Source: Candidatus Magasanikiibacteriota bacterium (GTDB taxonomy: Bacteria > Patescibacteriota > Patescibacteriia > Magasanikbacterales > UBA922). From it: DNA of 64,000 bases. Both the position numbers and the translations under genes were made by a program. Location: NCBI GenBank assembly GCA_041665025.1, contig JBAYJP010000001.1, positions 211,996 to 275,995 of the forward strand, read 5' to 3'. Below are positions 19,095 through 28,898 of this stretch, piece after piece (position 1 is the stretch's first letter; each line of letters opens with the position of its first letter). The notes under the pieces are model-generated. The model worked only from the letters and a program-made list of their open reading frames with translations. It was not told the origin of the DNA and ran no database searches.

Positions 19095-19841
19095 TTATTT
19101 CAAAGCATTACGAATAAGAGACAAAAACGAATCAGCCTTTGTTGACGCATTTCCTACGAGGACACCATCCACATTTTTTTGTGATATATACGAGTTGATA
19201 TTTTCTGCATTCACACTTCCTCCGTATAAGACGGGAATCTCAGTGCTAATATAATTTTTAAGCTCTAACTTGATAAGCGTATGCATGTCTACAGCGTCCG
19301 CAGGAGTGCAGGGTTGGCCTACCCCGGCCTTTGAAATAGCCCATACTGGTTCATAGGCAACAATTAATTCTTTGTGACTTAATTCCAATCCTTCAAGCGC
19401 TTTCATGAGTTGCTTTTTTATTCTATATATTGCTTTATCTGTGTCTCTGTCTTCTTTTGTTTCTCCAATACAAAGTACGGCAGTCATACCTGCATCAAAA
19501 CAAGCTTCTAGTTTTTTTCTCACTTGATCGTTGTCTTCATTAAACACATGTCTACGTTCAGAGTGGCCGACAAGCACGTATTCTGCGCCTTCCTCTTTGA
19601 ACATTTCAGCAGATATTTCGCCGGTATATGCGCCTCTGGGAAACCACGTTATATTTTGTGCTCCACAAGCTAGGACACCATCTGCCAGCACATCTGCGAC
19701 ATCGCCAAATGCAAGTGTGTTCGGAAACACCGCATATGAAAAATCATGATGAGTTTCCACTTCATGTTTCAATTGCTTCGCAAGAGCAATGCTTTCTTCG
19801 ACATTCAAGTACATTTTCCAGTTGCCAAATATATACTTCAT
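19095..19841 (-). CDS. tpiA: triose-phosphate isomerase
   Basis: GNWKMYLN, VGHSERR and YGGSV motifs. Confidence 0.9.
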   Translation of the reverse strand: MKYIFGNWKMYLNVEESIALAKQLKHEVETHHDFSYAVFPNTLAFGDVADVLADGVLACGAQNITWFPRGAYTGEISAEMFKEEGAEYVLVGHSERRHVFNEDNDQVRKKLEACFDAGMTAVLCIGETKEDRDTDKAIYRIKKQLMKALEGLELSHKELIVAYEPVWAISKAGVGQPCTPADAVDMHTLIKLELKNYISTEIPVLYGGSVNAENINSYISQKNVDGVLVGNASTKADSFLSLIRNALK

Positions 19842-19899
19842 AATTTCTAATTTATAATTTTAAATTTCAAAACAATTTAAAAATTATTTAATTTAAAAT

Positions 19900-21159
19900 T
19901 TAAAATTTAATCTTCCCTGCGTCAATATCCCCAATTACCGCCACTCTTATCTTATTAAAATCAAACACCTCACGCGCAACGCGTATGATATCATCATTAC
20001 TCACCATGTCAACTTTTTTGAGCCAGTCGTTAGGCGTTTCTATCGTATCAAAAAACATAGCTTCACGCGCATAATAACTTGCCTGAGCGCTTGAATCTTC
20101 CAAGGCCAACGTCAATGCTCCTCTTGTGTGGGTCTTTGCGTCTTGAAGTTCTTTGGACATAATACCTTTATTACATATTTTTTCAATCTCTACCTTCATG
20201 ACGTCTACGGCTTTGTTAATATTTTTTGCTTCAAGTCCTGCACGCACAAATACATATCCTGAATCGCGAAACGTTTCTGCTCCACTCCTAATAGTATATG
20301 CAAGGCCTCGGCGTTCACGGATTTGGATAAACAAACGCGAACTCATTGAGCCTCCAAGCACGGTATTCATAACTCCGAGCGCAGGTATGCGCGTGTCAGT
20401 ATGATTAAATCCAGGAAATCCGAGCATGAGCTGAGACTGGTCAGTCTTTTTCTGGTGCACTTCAATACGATCTTTTTTTACACTGCTTCCATATGAAGCC
20501 TTATCAAATAGTCTCGATGCTTTCTTTTGGTTTGATGCTCTGCCAAAATATTCTTCCACAATTTGCTTTGTCTTTTCATTCACATTGCCTGCCGCCACAA
20601 CGAGCATATTATGTGGCTGATAATACGTATCTCGGTAATGCAACACATCTTCACGCTTAAATCCCATAACGTGCTTTTCTGTACCTGCGATATCCCTACC
20701 TAAATGCGATCCACGATACATGAGTTCTTCAAATGCGTTGTCGATATACAACAGCGGATTATCTTTATACATGCGGATTTCTTCGACAATCACGGTTTTT
20801 TCTCTTTGTATCTCTTTCACATCGTACAGCGAATTAAATAGCATATCAGACAAAATATCGCACGATGTTTCTAAAAAATTCACGTCAGTCTTGATATAAT
20901 ACCCGGTATATTCTTTGCTCGTAAATGCATTATATTCCGCACCGAGTCTATCAATCTCGCGTGTCAACTTCAATGTCGAAGGACGTTTTGTTGTACCCTT
21001 AAACATGAGATGTTCGATATAATGAGAAACGCCATTCATCTTTTCTGTTTCATAGCGTGACCCTACTGGAAACATGACTAACAATGTCACTGATTGGGAG
21101 TCTTTGAGAGGGATAAGAATTACCTGGGCTTTATTGTGGAGAGTATAATTTTGAAACAT
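19900..21159 (-). CDS. M16-family zinc peptidase (insulinase/pitrilysin-like)
   Basis: Inverted zinc motif HYIEHLMFKGT (HxxEH). Start trimmed to MFQNYTL at 21159 so it does not overlap the upstream ORF. Confidence 0.75.
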   Translation of the reverse strand: MFQNYTLHNKAQVILIPLKDSQSVTLLVMFPVGSRYETEKMNGVSHYIEHLMFKGTTKRPSTLKLTREIDRLGAEYNAFTSKEYTGYYIKTDVNFLETSCDILSDMLFNSLYDVKEIQREKTVIVEEIRMYKDNPLLYIDNAFEELMYRGSHLGRDIAGTEKHVMGFKREDVLHYRDTYYQPHNMLVVAAGNVNEKTKQIVEEYFGRASNQKKASRLFDKASYGSSVKKDRIEVHQKKTDQSQLMLGFPGFNHTDTRIPALGVMNTVLGGSMSSRLFIQIRERRGLAYTIRSGAETFRDSGYVFVRAGLEAKNINKAVDVMKVEIEKICNKGIMSKELQDAKTHTRGALTLALEDSSAQASYYAREAMFFDTIETPNDWLKKVDMVSNDDIIRVAREVFDFNKIRVAVIGDIDAGKIKF

Positions 21160-21166
21160 AATGTTA

Positions 21167-21424
21167 TTATTTTCTTTTGTCAGGTGAATGATAATTTGCC
21201 TCTGGGTTTGGTTCAAAAGGGTCTCCATCTTTAAACCTAGCATGAAAACAATTACGACAATCTGGATTAGCTACTTTTCCACATTCAGGACACGCAAGCA
21301 CGCCATTCGCATCAGGCCTAGGAATAGCACCGCCTTCGCGAGGTCTTTCATCTTGAATTTGTCTGTCAAGACCAGCCTCCTCACGTCGGCTAGTTATTCT
21401 CTCGATGTCTTCCAGCCTAGTCAT
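21167..21424 (-). CDS. hypothetical small zinc-ribbon protein
   Basis: C-x2-C-x7-C-x2-C (CPECGKVANPDCRNC). Packed between glyQS and the M16 peptidase on the same strand. Confidence 0.3.
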   Translation of the reverse strand: MTRLEDIERITSRREEAGLDRQIQDERPREGGAIPRPDANGVLACPECGKVANPDCRNCFHARFKDGDPFEPNPEANYHSPDKRK

Positions 21425-21428
21425 AAAT

Positions 21429-22772
21429 TTAATTAAACTTCTCATTTAAATAATCTCTCAACTCGCTCATTTCAATTCTCTCCTGCACCATCGTATCTCT
21501 ATCCCTCACCGTAACTTTTTTATCTTCAAGAGAATCAAAATCAACCGTCACACAATATGGCGTACCGATCTCGTCTTGTCTACGATAACGTTTGCCAATA
21601 CTTTGTGTTTCATCATAATCAACCATAAAATCTTTTCTCAAATCATTTGCAATCTGGCGTGCAACTGATGAAAGTTCTTCTTTTTTGGATAATGGCAATA
21701 TGGCAACTTGAACAGGTGCCAAGTGCTTGGGGAATTTCATCACCACACGTGCTTCAGTTTCTCCTTCTTTTGCAGTTGGAGCTTCCTCTTCAGTATACGC
21801 TTCAAGCAATGAGACAAGTAACATACGATCAATACCAAAAGTTGGCTCGATCACATGAGGCAAAAACTTCTCATTTGTTTCAGGGTCTTGGTACGTCAAA
21901 TCTTGTCCGCTCACTTCCTGATGGCGCGTTAAATCAAAATCAGTACGATACGCGATACCATGCAATTCTTTCACGCCAAATGGATATTTGTATTCAATAT
22001 CAACGGTCCGCTTACTATAATGTGCGCGTTCACCATCGGGAATTTCATGCCAAACTAAATTATCCATGTTGATCTGCATAATATCTTTCCACCAGCGTTT
22101 GATTTCATCCAGCCACATCTCAAAAGTTTTTTCCCAATTTTCCGGTTTGATAAAATATTCAAACTCGCCTATTTCAAATTCACGCGTGCGAAAAATAAAA
22201 TTACCTGGCGTAATTTCATTGCGAAAACATTTGCCAATCTGGGCAATACCAAACGGCAATCTGCGTCTCGTAACATTTAAAATATTTTTAAAATTGACAA
22301 ACATACCACCCGCGGTTTCTGGACGCAAATATGCAGTCGTCGATGTATCTTCATTTGTTCCAATAAATGTCTTGAACATGAGGTTAAAATTTTTGGGTTC
22401 AGTAAATGTACCTCCGCAATCAGGACATGTTAATTTTGAAACATCTTGTCCTTCAGTATAGTCTGGAAGCTGGTCAAATCTAAATCGATGGTGACATTTC
22501 TTGCACTCAACCAACTGATCAGTAAAATTCTGCAAATGACCCGACGCTTCCCATGCCTTGGGATTCATAATAATAGCGCTGTCGAGTGGAACCATATCTT
22601 CACGTTCTTGTACAAAAAATTTCCACCACGCTTTTTTGATGTTTTGTTTTAGGGCATGACCAAGAGGACCATAGTCCCAGCTATTGGCTAATCCGCCATA
22701 GATTTCACTACCAGGGAATATAAAACCCCTGCGCTTTGCGAGTGAGGTTACTTTATCTAGTAAGTTTTCCAT
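21429..22772 (-). CDS. glyQS: glycine--tRNA ligase (alpha2 dimeric type)
   Basis: Full-length 447 aa class II aaRS with the GlyRS anticodon-binding domain; typical N-terminus MENLLDKVTSLAKRRGFIFPGSEIYGG. Confidence 0.9.
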   Translation of the reverse strand: MENLLDKVTSLAKRRGFIFPGSEIYGGLANSWDYGPLGHALKQNIKKAWWKFFVQEREDMVPLDSAIIMNPKAWEASGHLQNFTDQLVECKKCHHRFRFDQLPDYTEGQDVSKLTCPDCGGTFTEPKNFNLMFKTFIGTNEDTSTTAYLRPETAGGMFVNFKNILNVTRRRLPFGIAQIGKCFRNEITPGNFIFRTREFEIGEFEYFIKPENWEKTFEMWLDEIKRWWKDIMQINMDNLVWHEIPDGERAHYSKRTVDIEYKYPFGVKELHGIAYRTDFDLTRHQEVSGQDLTYQDPETNEKFLPHVIEPTFGIDRMLLVSLLEAYTEEEAPTAKEGETEARVVMKFPKHLAPVQVAILPLSKKEELSSVARQIANDLRKDFMVDYDETQSIGKRYRRQDEIGTPYCVTVDFDSLEDKKVTVRDRDTMVQERIEMSELRDYLNEKFN

Positions 22773-22998
22773 ATGTGGTATGAATTATAACAGAGTTTTT
22801 TGAATAAAAAAAGACCGCAAAAACGGTCTTGGGTCGCGTGGTCAGGTGACTTTACGCGAGGTTCCACCCAAGTTCCCTGGTTTACCCAGGACTCTTTATG
22901 TAGCAAACTCGCTTTGTGCGTGTTAGTCAGCGTAAGTCTGCGTTTTTGCCACCTCCACGGTTGCCTAGACCGCTTCATTGGTGGTAGTATTAGAGTAT
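22773..22998 (-). promoter_or_regulatory. T-box riboswitch leader (glycine specifier) controlling glyQS
   Basis: Minus-strand RNA contains a Stem-III hairpin CCUGGGUAAACCAGG. It is followed by the T-box box AACUUGGGUGGAACCUCGCG. The antiterminator is CUUGGG[UGGAACC]UCGCGU...ACGCGACCCAAG, with a 7-nt bulge that ends UGGA to pair tRNA-Gly UCCA. A competing terminator AAGACCG-UUUUUG-CGGUCUU plus U7 sits at 22804-22828. Upstream is a loop CUAGGCAA with the GGC glycine codon followed by A. Confidence 0.6.
22804..22828 (-). terminator. T-box expression-platform terminator
   Basis: agaccg-uuuuug-cggucu followed by uuuuuuu, 30 nt upstream of the glyQS start. Confidence 0.6.
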
Positions 22999-23038
22999 CT
23001 CTTTTTTAGAAATAAGTCAACTAAATAAACAAAACTGT

Positions 23039-23575
23039 ATGACAAAACCACTAATATATATTAAGGAAAGGATCGGAAACAACAAGAGGTCATTTGTAAT
23101 TATAAACCCTTTTACAGGCAGAGGTATCCCAATAAACCATAAACTTGTACAAAAAAAATGCAAGGAGTTAGTGTCAAAACTAAAATTAGACGACATTGAT
23201 TACATATTAGGATTTTGTGAACAAGGAATCGTACCCGCATATACTATTGCTTTTTTAACAAAAATACCATTTATCAGCTCAACACGCACTAGACTAAATG
23301 ATCATACTGAAATCCATTTTGTTGAAGAACATTCGATGTTTCCAAATCAGTACATTTATGGACTAAAGAAAGGAGATAAGGTTGCAATAATAGAGGATGA
23401 AATCACTACAGGAAAAACTCTCTGCAACGCTATAACTTCCCTACACCAAAAAGGAGTGGAAGTTAAGGAGGTTGGAGCCTTAATCATGACCAGCGACACC
23501 AATAATCTTGGTAAATTAAAAAAACAGGCAATAAATCCAAAATATATTTTCACAAAAGAGGATATAATCTTCTAA
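23039..23575 (+). CDS. type-I phosphoribosyltransferase family protein
   Basis: PRPP-binding motif VAIIEDEITTGKTL. Confidence 0.6.
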   Translation: MTKPLIYIKERIGNNKRSFVIINPFTGRGIPINHKLVQKKCKELVSKLKLDDIDYILGFCEQGIVPAYTIAFLTKIPFISSTRTRLNDHTEIHFVEEHSMFPNQYIYGLKKGDKVAIIEDEITTGKTLCNAITSLHQKGVEVKEVGALIMTSDTNNLGKLKKQAINPKYIFTKEDIIF

Positions 23576-23600
23576 AAAATATTTTTAAAGAACGTAATAT

Positions 23601-24038
23601 TTATCTTTCCAACACAAACGTCACCGGTCCGTCATTCACTAATTCAACTTTCATATACGCGGCAAACTGTCCGGTTTCGACATGAATACCAGTTTGTTTT
23701 AATTTTTCTACAAAATATTCATATAACCTCTTTGCTTCATCTGGCGGAGCAGCCGCATCAAATCCGGGTCTATTCCCATCCCAGCAATTTCCATAGAGCG
23801 TAAATTGTGATACTGCAAGAATACTACCGCCTGCGTCTTTAATATTTTTATTCATTTTTCCTTGTTCATCTTCAAAAATCCGCAGCTTAATGATTTTATC
23901 TACCAATTTGTCCGCGTGCGCCTCACTATCCCCTTTTCCAATACCTATTAACAACAATAAGCCGTTGGAAATACTCCCAACGACTTTGTTTTCTATTTCT
24001 ACTTTTGATTGTGTAACCCGCTGTAAAACAATTTTCAT
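23601..24038 (-). CDS. dtd: D-aminoacyl-tRNA deacylase
   Basis: MKIVLQRV... SQFTLYG ... NDGPVTF motifs. Confidence 0.85.
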   Translation of the reverse strand: MKIVLQRVTQSKVEIENKVVGSISNGLLLLIGIGKGDSEAHADKLVDKIIKLRIFEDEQGKMNKNIKDAGGSILAVSQFTLYGNCWDGNRPGFDAAAPPDEAKRLYEYFVEKLKQTGIHVETGQFAAYMKVELVNDGPVTFVLER

Positions 24039-24083
24039 ATTTCACTTTCGTAATTTCGTATCTTTTCGTATTTCGTATATAAC

Positions 24084-24635
24084 TTATACTGTCGTAATTT
24101 CACGTTCCTTATCTTCTCCGATCACTTTCAGCTTATCATTATATTCTTTCACCAATTTCTCAAGTTCATCTTGCATTCTAAATTTGTCATCTTCTGCAAT
24201 TTCTTTATCTTTTTCTTTTTTGTCAATATCTTTTCTAATTTCTTCACGAATATTACGCACACTCACACGAGCTTGTTCAAGTTTTTGATGTAGTACTTTG
24301 ATGAGTTCTTGTCGACGTTCTTGAGTAAGATCTGGCAGTGGCAAACGGATAAGCTTGCCGTCATTGACTGGATTGATACCGAGATTTGAAGCGCGCAGTC
24401 CGCTCTCAATCGCCTGCGTAAGACTCTTGTCCCATGGATCAATATTCAATGTCTTGGCATCTGCAACAGAAATAGAAGCAACAGCTTTGAGAGGCTGGCG
24501 TACACCATACGCTTCTACCACGACATCTTCAACAAGCGCAGGAGTTGCTCGGCCCGTACGCAAATTTGAAATCTCATGTTTAAGATGCTCTATAATCTTA
24601 TTAAATTCCTCCTTGTTTTGTGTGATGAAATCCAT
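24084..24635 (-). CDS. frr: ribosome recycling factor
   Basis: 183 aa with the typical RRF N-terminus and coiled-coil; the VVVEAYG motif is present. Confidence 0.9.
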   Translation of the reverse strand: MDFITQNKEEFNKIIEHLKHEISNLRTGRATPALVEDVVVEAYGVRQPLKAVASISVADAKTLNIDPWDKSLTQAIESGLRASNLGINPVNDGKLIRLPLPDLTQERRQELIKVLHQKLEQARVSVRNIREEIRKDIDKKEKDKEIAEDDKFRMQDELEKLVKEYNDKLKVIGEDKEREITTV

Positions 24636-24858
24636 AAACCAAAGTTAATAAAGTATAAAGTTCTCAGTTATAAAGTTTCGACGAATTGTTATATTATTGT
24701 ATTATTTTACAATCTTGATGTCTATTATTTCTATATCTCTATTTATCTCAATGTATCTCAAATTATTTTAATCTTCTAATCTTGCAATCTTTTAATCTTA
24801 AATCTGACACTTCTATTAAAATAATTTGCTAATTTCCACAAACATTTCCGCTTCGACG

Positions 24859-25977
24859 TTACTCCTTCGGCGGAATCGTGTACCCGAGATATATCCAGCT
24901 ATCTTTTTCTGGATGGACGTACAACACCGTTGGTATTTGCTGTGAAGGAAGTTTGCGCGTTTCCCAGGTCTTGCCACCGTCAGCACTGCGATAAAATGTC
25001 GAACGGTTGTCTAGCGTGCCGGTATAATATACTTCTTTATCATTTTTTGGATTAATTGCAAATCCATAGATATCTACACTCCCCGGAGGAGTAACCAAAT
25101 TAATTGCTTCCCACTCTTCTCCGGCATTGCGTGATGTTATCACACCATATTCAGAAATCCAATATATTTGTTCTGCTTTTTGAGGATGTAAATACAATCG
25201 GCGAAATTCAAGCGAACCAGGAAATCCGCTAAATCTATCTTTCAAATTTTCCCAACTAGCACCGCTATCTCTGGTTCGAAAGAGACCAGAATCTCTGGTC
25301 GCTACGTAGAGCAGACCTTCTTTATTATTATCAAATGAGATTTGCTGAAGTTTGTTACCAAAACGATTTGCCACGAGCCAATTTTTGCCCATGTCTTCAC
25401 TCTTGAGCAAATCCCCATTATCCTCAGACATATATATGTGCGTTGTCTTGAACGGATCAAATGCTACAGATGTAATAGCGTCAGACGCCCGAGCCTCACG
25501 AAAAATTTCAGTCCATGACCGCGCACAGTCGTCGGATTTAAATACCTGGCGTCCATTGGTAGCCACAAACGTACATTTATCTTTTGGATGAACAGAAAGA
25601 CTATACAAAAATCCCAAATTAAATGGCTCTACTGAATGCGCCCATGATCTTCCTTCATCAAAACTATAAAAAAGTCCTTGTTCCCGTGATGCCCAATACA
25701 AAGCCTTGTTATCTTGAGGATCGGTAAACAAACGATACACTGAGACGCTCGTAAGCTGTTTGACCCCGTCTACGGCTGGCATTGCTGACAACTGTTTCCA
25801 TGTTTCCCCTTTATCAATACTTAAGAAAAATCCAGCAGGTCCCGATGTCTTTGTTCCACCTGACCCATCAAGAGAAATACAGCTCTGACCCATGGTGACG
25901 ACAGCCATGAGCAACACGCTAAACGTTATGAAATATTTTTTGGTGCGCATATATTGTTTATTAAAATCAAAACTCAA
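24859..25977 (-). CDS. BNR/Asp-box repeat beta-propeller protein (Ycf48-like), secreted or lipoprotein
   Basis: Seven S-x-D-x-G-x-T/S-W Asp-box repeats (SIDKGETW, SFDEGRSW, SDDCARSW, SEDMGKNW, TRDSGASW, SRNAGEEW, SADGGKTW); N-terminal signal with Cys. Confidence 0.6.
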   Translation of the reverse strand: MSFDFNKQYMRTKKYFITFSVLLMAVVTMGQSCISLDGSGGTKTSGPAGFFLSIDKGETWKQLSAMPAVDGVKQLTSVSVYRLFTDPQDNKALYWASREQGLFYSFDEGRSWAHSVEPFNLGFLYSLSVHPKDKCTFVATNGRQVFKSDDCARSWTEIFREARASDAITSVAFDPFKTTHIYMSEDNGDLLKSEDMGKNWLVANRFGNKLQQISFDNNKEGLLYVATRDSGLFRTRDSGASWENLKDRFSGFPGSLEFRRLYLHPQKAEQIYWISEYGVITSRNAGEEWEAINLVTPPGSVDIYGFAINPKNDKEVYYTGTLDNRSTFYRSADGGKTWETRKLPSQQIPTVLYVHPEKDSWIYLGYTIPPKE

Positions 25978-26117
25978 AATTCAAAGTTCAAATCTATATC
26001 TTAAAACTTAAAATTGTAAAAAGATTTTAGTTTTAAGTTCCAATTTTGAATTTTGAGATTTGATTTTTGAATTAATACTCTTAAACTTTTATTAACAAAA
26101 TGGTTAAAATGTGTGAT

Positions 26118-27032
26118 TCACGGCAACTGTAACAAAATATGCTCCGTCAACAACCGTGGATGAATATTTTCTTCCAAATATTTCCGCGCTTTACTAATAT
26201 CATCTGAAACCGAAATAATCGTCTTATCACTCAAATTTGAATTACCCTCACGCGCCATTTGATTCAGTTCAATTTGCCAAATAGACAATACATCTTGCAA
26301 ACGTTCACGCGCTTTTATGTGATCTTCTTTGTCTCCAAATAATTTCTCAACTATGCTCAATTTTTCATAAAACGGCTTTCGGAGCAATCCTTTAAATCGA
26401 TTAATTTCTTGCTTATATATCTCAAAAGATTCAGCATCATTCGCCCATTCCCATGCCTTACCTGGAATGCCCTGGCAATACTCTGTAAGTTCTTGTGCTC
26501 TATCTGGCTCAATAACATTTTTTTCAAGCCATGACGCGATTTTTCTTTGATTTACTAACGAAAAATAAAAAAGCTGGCAACGCGAACGAATAGTCCCAAG
26601 CAATTCTTTTTCATTTTGTGTAATAAGAAAAATAACTGTCTTGCCGCGCGGTTCTTCCAAAGTTTTTAAAAGTGCGTTTGATGCGGCAGTACTCAAAAAT
26701 TCTGCATGGTCAACAATGGCAACACGATATCCACCAGGCAAAAAAGATGTTTGGGATAATTGTGAAATAGCACTGCGTACTTGCTCAATACTAATATCTT
26801 TTTTTAATTTTTCGGTTTTTTCATCTACTATGCGTTCAACTACTATATAGTCAGGATGCATTTGGATTTTGTCGCGTGTAGTTTTGAGAAGCCGAGCAGC
26901 TAACTCTTGGGCCACTGTAAATTTTCCTACGCGCCCTGGACCGCAAAAACAATAGGCGTGGCCTAAATTGCCGTTTTGTATGACATTATCAAAAAAAGAA
27001 AGGATGTTATCATGTCCCACGATGTCGTGCAT
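26118..27032 (-). CDS. holB: DNA polymerase III delta-prime subunit (clamp-loader AAA+)
   Basis: GHAYCFCGPGRVGKFTVAQELA Walker A-like motif; about 300 aa. Confidence 0.8.
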   Translation of the reverse strand: MHDIVGHDNILSFFDNVIQNGNLGHAYCFCGPGRVGKFTVAQELAARLLKTTRDKIQMHPDYIVVERIVDEKTEKLKKDISIEQVRSAISQLSQTSFLPGGYRVAIVDHAEFLSTAASNALLKTLEEPRGKTVIFLITQNEKELLGTIRSRCQLFYFSLVNQRKIASWLEKNVIEPDRAQELTEYCQGIPGKAWEWANDAESFEIYKQEINRFKGLLRKPFYEKLSIVEKLFGDKEDHIKARERLQDVLSIWQIELNQMAREGNSNLSDKTIISVSDDISKARKYLEENIHPRLLTEHILLQLP

Positions 27033-27201
27033 ATATGCTTAGTGTAGCATAATTGGGTTTAAGAGACAAGAAACAAGATACAAATAAAATCTCAATTTCC
27101 AATTTTCAAAATATTCACAGCCAGCCCTTGACGTCTCTCTCTCTCTTTGCTAGGGTTACATATCGCACTTGTCCTGGTGCGATGGAACAAGGAGACAGAG
27201 G

Positions 27202-27420
27202 ATGAAGCGCGAAGTTTCACCGACGGACTTCACAGCAGTGCTTGAGTACGAACCTCAGGAGGCAGCCGAAGCCGAAGCCGAGGCGGCAATGCTCAAGGCT
27301 GAAGGATGGAGGGTTCTCCTCCGTGAACCGACTGTCGACGGCAAAAGGAGACGCGCGGTGTTGGTCCCGGAGTGCACCGAGCTGACCGCGATCCGGTGGT
27401 TCAAAGAGAACAAGCACTAG
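27202..27420 (+). CDS. hypothetical small protein in high-GC island; an antisense ORF (27217..27447) is equally plausible
   Basis: SD AGGAGACAGAGG then ATG; protein MKREVSPTDFTAVLEYEPQEAAEAEAEAAMLKAEGW... The antisense ORF has SD GGAGGUCG then AUG and begins MWVVVGGEKLVLVLF. Confidence 0.3.
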   Translation: MKREVSPTDFTAVLEYEPQEAAEAEAEAAMLKAEGWRVLLREPTVDGKRRRAVLVPECTELTAIRWFKENKH

Positions 27421-27571
27421 CTTCTCACCGCCTACAACAACCCACATCGACCTCCGCTCTCATCTACCTACCACGACACCCTCAGGGCGTCCTTCCTCCA
27501 GCGCCCGCGCATTGGTTATCTCTGCCTTCCAGCGGACATAGTCAGTGAAAATCGCTGGAGAGGAAAAATAA

Positions 27572-27603
27572 AAATCACCCATGAAATTGGGTGATTTTTT
27601 TAT
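27572..27603 (+). terminator. intrinsic terminator
   Basis: aaaaatcaccca-tgaaat-tgggtgatttttttat. Confidence 0.5.
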
Positions 27604-27623
27604 AAAATGTATGGTGGTGATGC

Positions 27624-27751
27624 GATACAACCTACCCTCCATCTCCCTCCCTTACTAGGGAGGGAGAGCCCACTTATATATCTAAATCAAACATTTTAGG
27701 GCGTCCCTCCTCCATTTGTAAGGGAGGAGGAAAGGAGGTAGGTTGCATTAC
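27624..27751. repeat. pair of GC-rich hairpin modules (about 50 bp each, about 80% identical) in inverted orientation
   Basis: Left arm caacctaccctccatctccctcccttactagggagggag matches the reverse complement of right arm gtccctcctccatttgtaagggaggaggaaaggaggtaggttg. Each arm also folds on itself. Confidence 0.45.
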
Positions 27752-27758
27752 AGAATCA

Positions 27759-28898
27759 TTAATCCATCAAAATCTCCAACGTCTCTCTCGCACACTTCTC
27801 CCACGAAAAATCTTTCACTCTTTCTAATCCTCTATTCACATTCTGCATTCTGCATTCTGCATTCTGCATTGCTTCACTAACTCCACGCGCAATATCCTCA
27901 ACACTCATCGGATCCACATACACGCATGCATCTCCCCCAACCTCTTCGAGGCTGTTTCCTTTTGACGCGACCACGGGTGTACCACAGGCCATGGACTCAA
28001 GCACGGGAAGTCCAAAACCTTCATACAAACTAGGAAAAACAAAAACTTCCGCCGCATTCAAAAGGTATGGCAAATCTTGTTCATCTACCCAACCTGGAGT
28101 GACAATGTCATGTTTAAAAACACTATTACTCAGAGTGTGTCTCACCTCTCCATAGCCATATCCTGGTTTACCAACAAGCAACAATTTCAGATTTTCAGTT
28201 TCTGATCCTAAAGTAGTTTTTAATTTATTAAATGCCTGGATGATTCGTGTGGTATTTTTCTTTTCTTCAAGTCTACCAACACTCATAATAAATGGCTTTT
28301 GAATTGAATATTTTTTCAATACCTTTTCAATACCTTTTTCATCTTCAATCTTTTTATATTTCTCATCATACCCATGTTGTACCACAAAAACCTTATCATT
28401 ATTCTGAATTCTCAAATCTGCATTCTGCAATTCTTCTTTTACAAATTTCGAGGGCACAATCACTTTCCACGCTCGTTTTAACGCATACCGCGCCGACCAA
28501 ACAGAATACCACCGCTCAAACCAATTGTACGACTCTGGAAATTTTATTGCGGCAGTATCGTGTATCACGGCTACTGTTTTTTTTGGATGAATCAACGGCA
28601 TGACATGCGCAGGAATAAACAATACATCTGGAGGATTTCTAAACATTTCCCAACTTAATCTGATTTGCGTCCACAATCTCTTTGGCCACCATGCGAGTAC
28701 TTTTTGTGTCCAATTCTCTGGTAACTCCACCAACTCTCCTTGTAAAGGTTTATCCGTATACAATACAAATTCAATTTCCTCCGTGGTCCCTATTCCCTGT
28801 TCCCTATTGTACATTTCTGTAATCACACGAAAGGCGTATTCTTCCACACCTGTTCGTTGCTCACCGTTTGCCCGTGACGCATCAATACCGATGATCAT
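27759..28898 (-). CDS. GT4-family glycosyltransferase
   Basis: C-terminal EGFGLPVLESMACGTPVVAS (the E-x7-E region). Contains an ATTCTGC x4 tandem heptamer near its 3' end. Confidence 0.8.
   Translation of the reverse strand: MIIGIDASRANGEQRTGVEEYAFRVITEMYNREQGIGTTEEIEFVLYTDKPLQGELVELPENWTQKVLAWWPKRLWTQIRLSWEMFRNPPDVLFIPAHVMPLIHPKKTVAVIHDTAAIKFPESYNWFERWYSVWSARYALKRAWKVIVPSKFVKEELQNADLRIQNNDKVFVVQHGYDEKYKKIEDEKGIEKVLKKYSIQKPFIMSVGRLEEKKNTTRIIQAFNKLKTTLGSETENLKLLLVGKPGYGYGEVRHTLSNSVFKHDIVTPGWVDEQDLPYLLNAAEVFVFPSLYEGFGLPVLESMACGTPVVASKGNSLEEVGGDACVYVDPMSVEDIARGVSEAMQNAECRMQNVNRGLERVKDFSWEKCARETLEILMD
27840..27867. repeat. tandem heptamer (ATTCTGC) x4 inside the GT4 coding sequence
   Basis: Direct reading; encodes AECRMQNAECRMQN in the C-terminal tail. 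Confidence 0.8.

Noticed and set aside
21167-21445. Apparent overlap of the zinc-ribbon ORF with the M16 peptidase N-terminus and the glyQS C-terminus
   Set aside because: The overlap is resolved by using internal Met starts (peptidase MFQNYTL at 21159; small ORF MTRLED at 21424). No real overlap or frameshift is needed.
22831-22990. SRP RNA / 6S RNA hypothesis for the GC-rich RNA upstream of glyQS
   Set aside because: A short GUCAGGU match is the only similarity to SRP domain IV. The region instead contains a full T-box, antiterminator and terminator arrangement next to an aaRS gene.
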